A stretch of DNA of 64,000 bases, from the NCBI GenBank assembly GCA_963666565.1, contig OY762911.1:992001-1056000 (forward strand), in the 5' to 3' direction. Positions 1-9,110 of the stretch are shown piece by piece. The position numbers and the translations under genes are program-made. The stretch is from Thermoanaerobaculia bacterium (GTDB lineage Bacteria; Acidobacteriota; Thermoanaerobaculia; Multivoradales; Multivoraceae). Each line of letters starts with the position of its first letter. Within the stretch, counting starts at the first letter, position 1. The notes under the pieces were generated by a model. The model was not told the DNA's origin, searched no databases, and saw only the letters and a program-made list of their open reading frames with translations.

Positions 1-1103
1 AGGCCGGCGAAGGGCTCGTAGAGGAACGAGGCCTCCCCTGGCCGGTGCTGCCGGCGGGCGTCGATGGCCACGGCGATGACCGACGAGCGATCGAAGATGC
101 GCCGGGCGTCGTAGACGACCTCGTCCGCCTCGACGCCGAGCGCGCCCTTCTGCCCTTCGACCGACTTGCGGCGGTGGAAGCCGAAGGTGAGCGAGATGCG
201 CAGGTCCGACGACGTGTTGGCGAACGAGGCGTGGAGCATCTGCCGGTTGACGATCGTGACGTCGCCGGCCTCGCAGACGAGCGGCAGGGCGCCGGAAAGT
301 TGCTCGCTTCCTCCGTTGTCCCGGACCCGCGCCTCGATGTCGATCTTCCCGAGCTTGTGCGTTCCCGGCACCACCCAAAGACAGCTCGCCGGAGTCGTGG
401 GATAGAGCTGCACCTGAAAGTTGAAGCCGTGGATGCCTTCGTCCCAGTCCGGAGAACCCCAGTGGGTGACGCCGTCCTGGTGCCACGAGACGGAGCCGCC
501 GAGCCCAGGCTGCTTGACGAAGATCGCGTCGTTGAAGGGGACGAAGTCGTCGCCGTTGATCGCGGCGGCGATGGCGAGCAGGTGCGGGTGGCCGTAGAGA
601 CGCAGCCCGGAGGGCATCGCCTGGCACATGGAACTCATGAGGAAGACGACGTCCGCGGGCGCGTCCTCTTCGGGCTGGGGCTGGGTCATCTGCGTCGGGT
701 GGCGTCCGCTGAGGAGCCCGGTGCCGCCCCAGGGATCGGCCAGAGGCTTGGTGAAGAGGTACGGCCGGCGCGCGTAGTCCAGTCCCAGGGCCGGGCGCCC
801 TTGCGCGTCCACGTCCGCGTCGGGACCCACCGGCGCGCGCTCCAGCATCTCGTTGGCGTCGCGCCGCAGCTCGGCCACTTCGTCGCCGTCGATGAGTCCC
901 TCGAAGATGTAGAAGCCGTGCCGCCAGTACGCGGCCAGGATGTCCGGATGGAGCCTGCCGCCGTCGGTCAGCCGAATCGGTCCCCGGTTGCCGATCTTCG
1001 CGGCGAGGCGAAGCCCCGCTTCCTGGTACGCCGCCATGCCGGCAGCGTGTTCCGCCCGAGTCGGTGGTGACGGCGAGGCGTTTGCGCTCTGGACATCGTT
1101 CAT
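1..1103 (-). CDS. Phytanoyl-CoA dioxygenase (PhyH) family Fe(II)/2-oxoglutarate dioxygenase, 3' end outside window
   Basis: Not in the ORF track because it runs off the window. Manual translation gives MNDVQSANAS...YWRHGFYIFEGLID...IFVKQPGLGGSVSWHQDGVTHW...CLWVVPGTHK, with the HxD iron ligand and the PhyH LWVVPGSH-like motif. Confidence 0.8.
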   Translation of the reverse strand, partial: MNDVQSANASPSPPTRAEHAAGMAAYQEAGLRLAAKIGNRGPIRLTDGGRLHPDILAAYWRHGFYIFEGLIDGDEVAELRRDANEMLERAPVGPDADVDAQGRPALGLDYARRPYLFTKPLADPWGGTGLLSGRHPTQMTQPQPEEDAPADVVFLMSSMCQAMPSGLRLYGHPHLLAIAAAINGDDFVPFNDAIFVKQPGLGGSVSWHQDGVTHWGSPDWDEGIHGFNFQVQLYPTTPASCLWVVPGTHKLGKIDIEARVRDNGGSEQLSGALPLVCEAGDVTIVNRQMLHASFANTSSDLRISLTFGFHRRKSVEGQKGALGVEADEVVYDARRIFDRSSVIAVAIDARRQHRPGEASFLYEPFAG

Positions 1104-1154
1104 GGCGATGGAGGCGATTCTACCGCCTGCCAACCCGGCCGACGACGACCGCCG

Positions 1155-2702
1155 CTACCGGCCGGCCGGCGGCTCGTCAGCCGAACGCTGGAACGCCCAC
1201 AGCGCGCTCCGCGTGCGGAGGTAGATCGTCGCCCCGTCGATCGCCGGCGTTGCCGTGGCCAGGTCGTCGAGGTCCGAGACGGCCAGCGGATCGAGAGAGC
1301 CGTCGTTCGGCAAGACGACGAGCTTGCCCGATCTTGAGAGCAGGTAGAACTTGCCGTCGGCCACGATGGGCGACGCGTAGTAGCTGTCGACCGCTCCCTT
1401 GAGCCGGCCCTGCTCGATGAGCTCTCCCGTCGCCGAGCGGAGGGTCGTCGCGATGCCGCTGTCGTCGACCATGAGGAGAACGCCGTCGTCGACGATCGGC
1501 GACGGAAGCTGCGGGATCTTGCGGTGGTAGGTCCACCGTACGTGGCTGGCGGTCAGGTCGCCCCGCATGCCCGCTGCCGGCAGTTCGACGGCGAGGATGT
1601 TGTTGCGGGTGTCGAGCGCCGACTGGAAGTACGTCCAGTCCCCCTGGTCGAGGAGGCCGTCGCTGGCCAGGTCGAAGTAGGAGAAGACGTTGCGTACCAG
1701 GCCTTCCGGCGCCTCGTCCTCCGAGAGCACTCCGTCGCCGTCGGCGTCGTGCGCGGCGACGACTTCGGGGAAGGGGTCGAGCCGCACGTGACGCCCTTCC
1801 TCGTTCAGCGGCATGGCGTAGCCGTTGATGAAGAGGACGCCGTCTTCGATGGCCGGCGTCGACTTCATCTCGAACGAGAGGCCGCTCACCCACCAGAGAC
1901 GCTCGCCCGTCCGGGCCGAGTAGCTGGTGAGGAAGAACGAGCCCGGCACGACGACTTGCAGTTCGCCGCCTTCGGGATGGTGGAGCACCGGCGTCGAGTG
2001 GCCGCTTCTCGCCGCCGGCCGCTCGGTGCGCCATGCCAGTTCGCCGGTCTCGGCGTCGACGGCCAGGACGTGGGATCCCCGCTGCTGGTCGACCACGAGC
2101 ACCACGTTGCCCCCGGCGAGGATCGGAGAGGCGCCCATGCCGTAGATGTTGTCGAAGGGACCGAGAGGATGGCGCCAGAGCTCCTCGCCGTCGACGTCGT
2201 AGCAGAGCAGGCCGAAGTCGCCGAAGAAGACCCAGACGCGCTCGCCGTCGGTGACCGCGGACGGCGACGCCGGTCCGTTGCGGTTGTCGAGCGTCTCGGT
2301 CCGCGGCCTCGGCGCCTCGCGTCGCCAGATCTCGGAGCCGGTCTCGCGGTCGAGGGCGATCGTGTAGAGCGCTTCGCCTTCCGAGGCCGTCAGGAAGATC
2401 CGGTCCGCGCTCAGGACGGGCGACGAGTCGCCGGCGGGGAGTTCCGTTCGCCAGAGGAGGTTGCGGTCCGGTCCCACTTCGACCGGCAGGGCGCCCGCCT
2501 CGATTGCGCCGCCGCCGTTCGGTCCCCGGAATCGCGACCAATCGGCGGTTTCAGCCCAGGCGAGCGACGAGAGCGCGAGGGCGCTCAGCATGGAGAGCGC
2601 CAAGAGCCCGCACCGCAGGTACTGGGTGCGCCGGTGTCCCCGCCGGCTTTGGGGCCGGCGCGCCGCGAAACGGCGACGATCCTGCGGCGCGAGCCGGCTC
2701 AA
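1155..2702 (-). CDS. Secreted PQQ-like (BamB-like) beta-propeller protein
   Basis: DWSRFRGPNG, WRTELPAGDSSPV, GASP and YYASP repeats, with a signal peptide. Start is either TTG 2702 (overlapping the upstream TGA) or ATG 2591. Confidence 0.8.
   Translation of the reverse strand: MSRLAPQDRRRFAARRPQSRRGHRRTQYLRCGLLALSMLSALALSSLAWAETADWSRFRGPNGGGAIEAGALPVEVGPDRNLLWRTELPAGDSSPVLSADRIFLTASEGEALYTIALDRETGSEIWRREAPRPRTETLDNRNGPASPSAVTDGERVWVFFGDFGLLCYDVDGEELWRHPLGPFDNIYGMGASPILAGGNVVLVVDQQRGSHVLAVDAETGELAWRTERPAARSGHSTPVLHHPEGGELQVVVPGSFFLTSYSARTGERLWWVSGLSFEMKSTPAIEDGVLFINGYAMPLNEEGRHVRLDPFPEVVAAHDADGDGVLSEDEAPEGLVRNVFSYFDLASDGLLDQGDWTYFQSALDTRNNILAVELPAAGMRGDLTASHVRWTYHRKIPQLPSPIVDDGVLLMVDDSGIATTLRSATGELIEQGRLKGAVDSYYASPIVADGKFYLLSRSGKLVVLPNDGSLDPLAVSDLDDLATATPAIDGATIYLRTRSALWAFQRSADEPPAGR
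2622..2680 (+). repeat. REP-B element (CTGGGTGC + GCCGGYG-TCCC-CGCCGGC hairpin) with tail
   Basis: Matches the copies at 23996 and 32662; the tail GGCGCGCCGCGAARCGGCGAC is shared with the 32662 copy. Confidence 0.8.
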
Positions 2703-3925
2703 AGGAGATCGCCGCCGCACGCGGAAGCGCAGGTGCCGTGCGCCTCGAACGCCTGCACGACGTTCTTGCCGCTGCGCCAGCGGTGGACCTCGTCCGGCCC
2801 GTCGACCAGGCGCTGCGCGCGGATGCCGCGGTACCAGCGGGCCAGCGGCGTGTCCATGCTGTAGCCCAGCGCGCCGTGAAGCTGGATCGCGGTGTCGACG
2901 ACCTGGTGCACCATGTTGGCGAGGAAGACCTTGGCGATGCCGTTTTCGACGCGCAGGTCCATGCCGTTCTCCGCCTTGTAGGCGATGTGGAGCAGCATGA
3001 GCCGGGCCTTGTAGAGCTCGGCGGCGCAGTCGGCGAGCATCCAGCGCACCCCTTGGCGGTCGGCGAGGCGCTTGCCGAAGGTCACCCGCTTGACGGTGTG
3101 CCCGACGGCGAGATCGAGGGCGCGCTGCGCCATCGCCACGTTGTGCATGCCGTGACGCAGCCGCCCGTAGGCGAGGCGGTGCTGGCCCATCGCGAAGCCC
3201 TGGCCGCGGCCGCCGAGGAGGTTCTCCTTCGGGACGATCAGGTTCTCGATGCGGATCTCCGAGTGCGAGCCGCCGAGTTTCAGGCCGAGATCGGTGTGCG
3301 GTTGCATCGTCTCGATGTCGCGCACGATCCGGTAGCCCGGGTTCGGCAGCTCGACGAGAAAGGTCGAGAACTGCCGGTGGCGGGCGACTTCGGGATCGGT
3401 CTTCGCCATGACCAGCGCGACGTCGGCGACGCTCGCGGAGGAGCTGAACCACTTCTCGCCGTTCAGGACGTAGTTGTCGCCGTCGAGAACGGCCGAGGTC
3501 TGCATGCCGGTGGCGTCGGCGCCGGCGGCTCTCTCGGTCATCGAGTAGCAGATGCGCTTCTCGCCGGCCAGCAGCGGCTTCAGGAAGCGCTCCTTCTGGT
3601 CCTCGGTGCCGTTCTCCAGCAGCGTCAGCATGGTCGCGTCGTCCGGACCCTGCGTGTTGAGGGAGAGCGCTCCGAGGAAGCTCTCGCCGAGTTCCATCTG
3701 GACCAGCGCGTTGGCCAGCGGCTTCAGGCCCATGCCGCCGTACTTCTCCGGGATGAAGGGGCACCACAGGCCCTGCGACCTCGCCTTCTTGCGGAGCCCG
3801 GCCAGCACCTCGTCGAAGTTCTCCGGCGTGCATCCCTCTTCGGCCGGGATGCACTCGTTCTGGACGAAGTCGCGCACCTTGGCGCGCACCGCCTTGGTCT
3901 CTGCTGGAATCTCGAAATCGATCAT
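2699..3925 (-). CDS. Acyl-CoA dehydrogenase
   Basis: Motifs CYSMTE, YVLNGEKWFSS, RVTFGKRLAD, AIQLHGALG and RLVDGPDEVH. Confidence 0.95.
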   Translation of the reverse strand: MIDFEIPAETKAVRAKVRDFVQNECIPAEEGCTPENFDEVLAGLRKKARSQGLWCPFIPEKYGGMGLKPLANALVQMELGESFLGALSLNTQGPDDATMLTLLENGTEDQKERFLKPLLAGEKRICYSMTERAAGADATGMQTSAVLDGDNYVLNGEKWFSSSASVADVALVMAKTDPEVARHRQFSTFLVELPNPGYRIVRDIETMQPHTDLGLKLGGSHSEIRIENLIVPKENLLGGRGQGFAMGQHRLAYGRLRHGMHNVAMAQRALDLAVGHTVKRVTFGKRLADRQGVRWMLADCAAELYKARLMLLHIAYKAENGMDLRVENGIAKVFLANMVHQVVDTAIQLHGALGYSMDTPLARWYRGIRAQRLVDGPDEVHRWRSGKNVVQAFEAHGTCASACGGDLL

Positions 3926-3941
3926 GTCTCTCCTTCGGTGG

Positions 3942-5021
3942 TCAGAAGATCGCCAGTGCGTTGATCGGCGAGCCGGTTCCGGTGTCGACGGCCAGCGGCC
4001 CCGCCACGAGCAGGAACTCCCAGCGACCCAGCTCGGCCGCCGTTTCGGCGACGGCCTCGAGGTCCTGGTTGTCGAAGATGTCGATGCCCATGGCGACGAT
4101 CGTCAGGATGTGAACCGGAAGATCGACGCCCTCGACCTGCGACGGGACGACGTCGAGCGCCGCGTCCGAGCCGATGAACGAGATGTCGCGGGAGCGCACC
4201 CAGGGCATCGTCGAGGCGTGAAGTCCGGCCGCGTGCTGCGACACCGCCCACGGTCCGACTTCGGCGCGCCGCGCCCAGCGGCCGGTGCGGATGAAGACGG
4301 CGTCGCCCGAACGGACGCGGAGTCCGGCCATCTCCTCGAAGGCTTCGAGATCCTCGGTGTAGATGGGCGTCCCCGGCTCAAGGTACGGCACGCCCTTCAG
4401 GCGGGGGATGTCGAAGACGATGCCCCTGGTGACGATGCCGGCCCGGAGGTTGAAGATCGAAGATCGCGTGCAGCCCTCCTCGGTGACCGTGTCCTGCGAG
4501 TAGCCGTTGTACATCTTCCCCTTGTAGAGGATGTGACACAGGGCGTCGATGTGGCTGTGCGAGTAGCCGTGGTAGCTGATCTCGTAGCGATCGCTCACGC
4601 CGCCGCGAAACGCGGGCGCCTCGTCGGGGTCGGGAAGCGCCAGGATCGCGCGCTCGAACGGGAACGGCACGTCGACGGCCCGCTCCACGATCAGTGGATG
4701 GGCGAGTGAGACGGAGATGCCCTCCGTCGCCAGGGCCAGGGCCTCCAGGCGCTTCTCCGGGGTGATCAGGTTGGCCGTCCCGAGCTGGTCGTCGTCGCCC
4801 CAGCGGCCCCAGTTGGAGAGGTCCTCCATCAGGCGTTCGATGTCCGCCTGGGCGAGATCGCGCGATTCGGGCGAGTAGCTCGGGGCGGGTTCCGGCGGGG
4901 ATGCCGTTGCCTCCGTGCCCGATGCCGGCCCGGCCCCGTCTTCCGAACCTGGCGTGCAGGCGCCGGTCGCGCCGAGCAGCCACGTGCATGCGATGACGAG
5001 CGTCAGATGTGTGGCTTTCAT
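3942..5021 (-). CDS. Cyclase-family (kynurenine formamidase-like) metal hydrolase, probable lipoprotein
   Basis: NWGRWGDDDQLGTANLIT, HGYSHSHIDALCH and GTGSPINALAIF; N-terminal signal with TGAC. Confidence 0.9.
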   Translation of the reverse strand: MKATHLTLVIACTWLLGATGACTPGSEDGAGPASGTEATASPPEPAPSYSPESRDLAQADIERLMEDLSNWGRWGDDDQLGTANLITPEKRLEALALATEGISVSLAHPLIVERAVDVPFPFERAILALPDPDEAPAFRGGVSDRYEISYHGYSHSHIDALCHILYKGKMYNGYSQDTVTEEGCTRSSIFNLRAGIVTRGIVFDIPRLKGVPYLEPGTPIYTEDLEAFEEMAGLRVRSGDAVFIRTGRWARRAEVGPWAVSQHAAGLHASTMPWVRSRDISFIGSDAALDVVPSQVEGVDLPVHILTIVAMGIDIFDNQDLEAVAETAAELGRWEFLLVAGPLAVDTGTGSPINALAIF

Positions 5022-5047
5022 GTGCTCCCCTCCTACGGGCAGACTAG

Positions 5048-5093
5048 CGCCCCGAAACCCCTCGCGGACTCGGTGTTTCGGCCCGTCCCGTCC
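5048..5093 (+). repeat. Palindromic repeat family D, intergenic copy
   Basis: 41/46 identical to 18257-18302; CCGAAAC...GTTTCGG stem. Confidence 0.7.
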
Positions 5094-5257
5094 CCACGGC
5101 GGCGCCTGCGCCCCGAGACTTGCTTCGCGGCGTTCTGCGGTGCCGTCCCAGGTCGACCAGTTGTAGAGTCTCCGTCACGCTACTAGCCAGGAGGTTACGG
5201 AGGCAAGCGATGAGAAGCGCGACTGCCCAACGGAGCGGCGCGAATCATGCGGGCGCC

Positions 5258-6283
5258 ATGACCTGCTGCGCTCCCGCGCGTGATCCCGAAGGGCCGACCC
5301 GCGGCGCGGACCACGGCGTGGCGGCCCCGGGCCGGCAGGACGGCGCCGGCCCGTGCTCCTGGCCGCCTGCGGCGGCAGCGGGTCGGAGGACCCGCGCACC
5401 CGGCGGGCGGCCCCTGGGACCGAGCGGCCGAGACATGGTGCGTCTCGACGGCGGCCGGTTCCTCATGGGCACGGATTCGGCCGATGCCATACCGGGCGAC
5501 GGCGAGACCCCGGTCCGCGAGGTCTTCCTCGACCCGTTTCGCATCGACGCCTGCGCCGTCTCCAACGCCGCCTTCGCCGCCTTCGTCGACGCCACCGGCT
5601 ACCGGACCGACAGCGAGCGGCTGGGCTGGTCCTTCGTCTTCGAGGGGCGGCTGTCGCGCAAGCTCCGGCGCACGGCGATCGAGGACCGTCTGCCGGGCGC
5701 CCGCTGGTGGTGCAGGATCGGCGGCGCCGACTGGCGTCATCCCGAGGGACCGGGATCGTCGATCGCCCGGCGTGAGACGCATCCCGTTGTCCAGGTGTCG
5801 CACAACGACGCCGTGGCCTACTGCGCGTGGGCGGGCTGCCGGCTCCCGACCGAAGCGGAGTGGGAGTTCGCGGCTCGCGGAGGAGTGGAGCAGACGGCGC
5901 AACCCTGGGGCGACGAGCTGGAGCCCGATGGCGAGCATCGCTGCAACGTCTGGCAGGGCAGCTTTCCCGATCGCGATCTCGGGCTCGACGGCTGGCGCGG
6001 CACCTGCCCGGTCGATGCCTTCGAGCCGAACGGCTTCGGCCTCTACAACGTCTGCGGCAACGTCTGGGACTGGTGCGCCGACTGGTGGAGCGCCCGTCCC
6101 GCCGCGCCTGGCGCCCGCAATCCGCGGGGTCCCGCCACCGGCACGGCGCGCGTCACCCGCGGCGGGTCCTACCTCTGCCACGTCTCCTACTGCAATCGCT
6201 ACCGCCTGTCGGCCCGCACCCACAACACGCCGGACAGCGCGGCGGGCCACATGGGTTTCCGCTGCGCCGCCGACGTCGGCTAG
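5258..6283 (+). CDS. Formylglycine-generating enzyme (SUMF1/FGE)
   Basis: RLPTEAEWEFAARGG, NGFGLYNVCGNVW and RGGSYLCHVSYCNRYR with both catalytic Cys. Start taken at MTCCAP. Confidence 0.92.
   Translation: MTCCAPARDPEGPTRGADHGVAAPGRQDGAGPCSWPPAAAAGRRTRAPGGRPLGPSGRDMVRLDGGRFLMGTDSADAIPGDGETPVREVFLDPFRIDACAVSNAAFAAFVDATGYRTDSERLGWSFVFEGRLSRKLRRTAIEDRLPGARWWCRIGGADWRHPEGPGSSIARRETHPVVQVSHNDAVAYCAWAGCRLPTEAEWEFAARGGVEQTAQPWGDELEPDGEHRCNVWQGSFPDRDLGLDGWRGTCPVDAFEPNGFGLYNVCGNVWDWCADWWSARPAAPGARNPRGPATGTARVTRGGSYLCHVSYCNRYRLSARTHNTPDSAAGHMGFRCAADVG
5363..5403 (-). repeat. REP-A half element inside the FGE N-terminal coding region
   Basis: CCGCCTGCGGCGGCA-GCGGGTCGGAGGACCCGCGCACCCGG. Confidence 0.85.
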
Positions 6284-6342
6284 CGAAGGCGCATCGCGCG
6301 TCGGCGTCAGCGTCTCAGAGGGTAGTAGGCTTTGCTGCCTTT

Positions 6343-7092
6343 GTGAAGATTCTCGTCATCGCCGACGTCCACGGGAACGCCGAGGCGCTCTCGGCGGTGC
6401 TGGAGAAGGAGCGGGACATCGACGCGACGGTCTTCCTCGGCGACACCGTGCTCTCCGGCCCGCAGCCGAACGAGACGATGGCGCTGCTCGCGAGCCTCGA
6501 CGGGGTGTTGATCGAGGGCAACCACGACGTGGAGATGTTCGAGCCGGAGCGGTTCGAAGTCTGGCCGGCGCCGTGGCGGGCCTACACGAAGTGGATCCTC
6601 GACACGCTGGCGCCGGCGGGCTGGGAGCTGCTTCGCGGCCTGCAGCCGGAGGGGGCGTACGAGGTCGGCGGCCAGCGGGTCTTCCTGCACCACGGCGTGT
6701 TGCCCGACGAACCGCGGCAGGCGCTGCCGGACACGGCGGACGATCGGCTGGCCGCGCTGGCCGGGGGCACGGACTGCCCGGTGGTGCTCTTCGGCCACTC
6801 GCACATCCAGTTCCGGCGCACGATCGAGGGCCAGGAGTTCATCAACCCCGGCAGCGTCGGCCAGCCGCGCTGCGGCCGGCGGGTGGCCTGCTACGGGCTG
6901 ATCGAGGACGGCGTGTTCCGTCACCGCCAGGTGGAGTACGACCCGGGTCCGTGGCTCGCGGCGCTCGACGGCATCCGGCCGCTCGACGGGTTTCCCGAGT
7001 TTCGGGAGTGGCTGAAGAAGGCGTTGCTCAGCGGCTACGGCATCGGCGAGCGGGAACCGTGGACGCGGTTTGCGCGGGAGGGCTACGTGTAG
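6343..7092 (+). CDS. Calcineurin-like metallophosphoesterase
   Basis: ADVHGN, LGD, GNHD, GHSH and NPGSVGQPR motifs; GTG start. Confidence 0.92.
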   Translation: MKILVIADVHGNAEALSAVLEKERDIDATVFLGDTVLSGPQPNETMALLASLDGVLIEGNHDVEMFEPERFEVWPAPWRAYTKWILDTLAPAGWELLRGLQPEGAYEVGGQRVFLHHGVLPDEPRQALPDTADDRLAALAGGTDCPVVLFGHSHIQFRRTIEGQEFINPGSVGQPRCGRRVACYGLIEDGVFRHRQVEYDPGPWLAALDGIRPLDGFPEFREWLKKALLSGYGIGEREPWTRFAREGYV

Positions 7093-7100
7093 CGGAATTG

Positions 7101-7178
7101 CTGGGTGTGGGGCCGCCTGCGGCGGCAGCGGGTCGGAAGACCCGCGCACCGACCCGCGCACCGACCCGCGCAACCCAG
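7101..7178 (-). repeat. REP-A with three tandem 12-bp GACCCGCGCACC units, between convergent genes
   Basis: Read directly from the sequence; CTGGG...CCCAG ends. Confidence 0.85.
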
Positions 7179-7183
7179 TGCGG

Positions 7184-7954
7184 TCAGAGCTCTTCGACGG
7201 CGATGGCCCGGACCCAGGTCGCTTCCAGCCGCTCGACGTTGAGCGGCATGCCGATGTAGAAGGCGCGGTCCTTCTTCAGCTTCTCGACGTTCACGAGCGG
7301 GTAGCAGACCGGGATGTTGTTGCCCAGCATGTTGCGGTGGGTCGGCGAGTTGTGGGGCTGCGGCGCCTGGAAGTCCGACTCGAAGCGGACGCCCGGGTAG
7401 CCGACGGCCAGCAGCTTGATTCCCGTGTCGGCGAGCCACTTGCTCGTTTCGGCCGGCAGGGTCGGCTGCTCGTTGTCGCGGAACGGGCTGCCGAGGATGA
7501 CGATGTCGCCCTTGCGGACGTTGGAGAGATGCTCGGGCCGGATCGGTTGGCCGACCTTGACCAGTTCGCCTTCCTCGTTCTCCTGCTCGACGGGCTCGAG
7601 TCGGTCGAGGTAGCACACCGCGGCCGGGCCGAAGAACGTGTCGAGGGGCATCTCCCACAGGCCGAGGATGCCGTCCGGCAGACCCTCCCAGTGGTCCATG
7701 TGACCCTTGCCGCCTTCGGTGTGGGATCCACCGCAGTGGCCGCTGACCCGTCCGGGCGGCCAGTAGGAGTCGCCCTCCTTGCCGCCGATCAGCGTGTAGA
7801 GGGTGTCGTCGTAGGGGACGCGCCCTTCTTCGAGGATCCACGGAAGCCCGAAGACGTCCTTGTTCCCCTCCTCGACGGTGCCGTCGAGCCGGGTGATGCG
7901 CCCGACCATCCGCGGGCTGAGGTCCACCACGTTGTGTCCTGCAAAGTCGATCAT
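7184..7954 (-). CDS. Cyclase-family hydrolase (divergent)
   Basis: VVDLS start, HCGGSHTEGGKGH variant of HxGTHxDxPxH, and PLNVERLEATWVRAIA C-terminus. Confidence 0.75.
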   Translation of the reverse strand: MIDFAGHNVVDLSPRMVGRITRLDGTVEEGNKDVFGLPWILEEGRVPYDDTLYTLIGGKEGDSYWPPGRVSGHCGGSHTEGGKGHMDHWEGLPDGILGLWEMPLDTFFGPAAVCYLDRLEPVEQENEEGELVKVGQPIRPEHLSNVRKGDIVILGSPFRDNEQPTLPAETSKWLADTGIKLLAVGYPGVRFESDFQAPQPHNSPTHRNMLGNNIPVCYPLVNVEKLKKDRAFYIGMPLNVERLEATWVRAIAVEEL

Positions 7955-8045
7955 CGTCTCGGTTCTCCTCTTGTGACCGGAACTGCCGCCGGGGCAGGGC
8001 GACGAACGCCTACTGCCGCCCGCCCGCTCGGTCTGACCCCCGGAT

Positions 8046-9110
8046 TCAGTCTTCCGTTCCGCCTTCCATGTCCGCCGACCACTCGCCGAGAGTGGCCAGA
8101 CCGTTCATGCGGGCCCGGTGGCGCAGTGCCTCTTGTCCGCTCGATTCGTCCGTCTTGCCGTCCCAGGCCTCGACCGGGGCGCGGCCGATGGCGCGGCCGA
8201 ACGAGAAGCTGAGCGCCCAGGGCGCGTGACAGCTCCCGGCACGATGCGCGGGCCGGTCCCGGGCCGCCAGCCGGTTCATCGCGTCGAGGTGGGCCGTCCC
8301 GTCCAGGTCCGACTGGCCGCCGGACAGGAAGCCGATCCCGGGCAGGGCCGGCGGTACGACCCGGCGCAGGCAGCGGAGCGTCTCCCGCGCCACGGCGTCC
8401 ACGCCGGCCTGATCGGGACAGTCGCTGCCCGAGACGACCATGTTCGTCTTCAGCACGATCTCCTCGGGCGCGACGCCGTGCTCGTACAGGGCTTCGAACG
8501 TGCGGTGCAGGAAGCGCTCGGTGACCTCGAACTGACGTTCGATCGTGTGCTCGCCCTTCATCTCGACCTCGGGCTCGACGATCGGGACGAGGTCGAACTG
8601 GTGCGCGAGCGCCGCGACCTCGGCGACGCTGCGGGCGTTCGAGACGAGCGCGCGCTCGGTGGGAAGGCCCGGGCGTACCCGCGCCGCCACCCGCCACTTG
8701 ATGAAGGCCGCGCCGCGCTCGCGCCAGTCTTCGAGCCGCTTCGCCAGTCCGTCGAGGCCGCGGGGCACGTATTCGTGCTTGGAGCCTCCGAGCATCTGCC
8801 AGCCGGTTGTCGGCGTGATGCCGAGCAGCACGCCGCGTTCGGCGATGAGCTCGACCAGCGGAGTGCCGTCGCCGGCCCGGCGGTCGAGCACGTCGGGGAA
8901 GACGATGATGCTCGACAGGTGCTCGCCGAGCCCGGGGGTGCGGCAGATCATCTCCTGGAAGTCGGCCGCCGCGTCCTCGTTGCGGGCGTGGGCCGACTCG
9001 CCCCACCAGCCGCGCACCAGGCCCTTGAGCGGCACGTCGGCGGCGAAGATGCCCTTGCCGGGGGCGACCATCCGTCGCGCGGTGGCGGCCAGGGTCGATT
9101 CGCGCGTCAT
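8046..9110 (-). CDS. Class I fructose-bisphosphate aldolase family
   Basis: GKGIFAAD, GLDGLAKR, FIKWR, LVPIVEPEV, Schiff-base LKTNMV, FLSGGQS and SFSFGRA. Confidence 0.9.
   Translation of the reverse strand: MTRESTLAATARRMVAPGKGIFAADVPLKGLVRGWWGESAHARNEDAAADFQEMICRTPGLGEHLSSIIVFPDVLDRRAGDGTPLVELIAERGVLLGITPTTGWQMLGGSKHEYVPRGLDGLAKRLEDWRERGAAFIKWRVAARVRPGLPTERALVSNARSVAEVAALAHQFDLVPIVEPEVEMKGEHTIERQFEVTERFLHRTFEALYEHGVAPEEIVLKTNMVVSGSDCPDQAGVDAVARETLRCLRRVVPPALPGIGFLSGGQSDLDGTAHLDAMNRLAARDRPAHRAGSCHAPWALSFSFGRAIGRAPVEAWDGKTDESSGQEALRHRARMNGLATLGEWSADMEGGTED

Noticed and set aside
45-1070. 341-aa plus-strand ORF
   Set aside because: Antisense shadow of the minus-strand PhyH gene, which has clear motifs.
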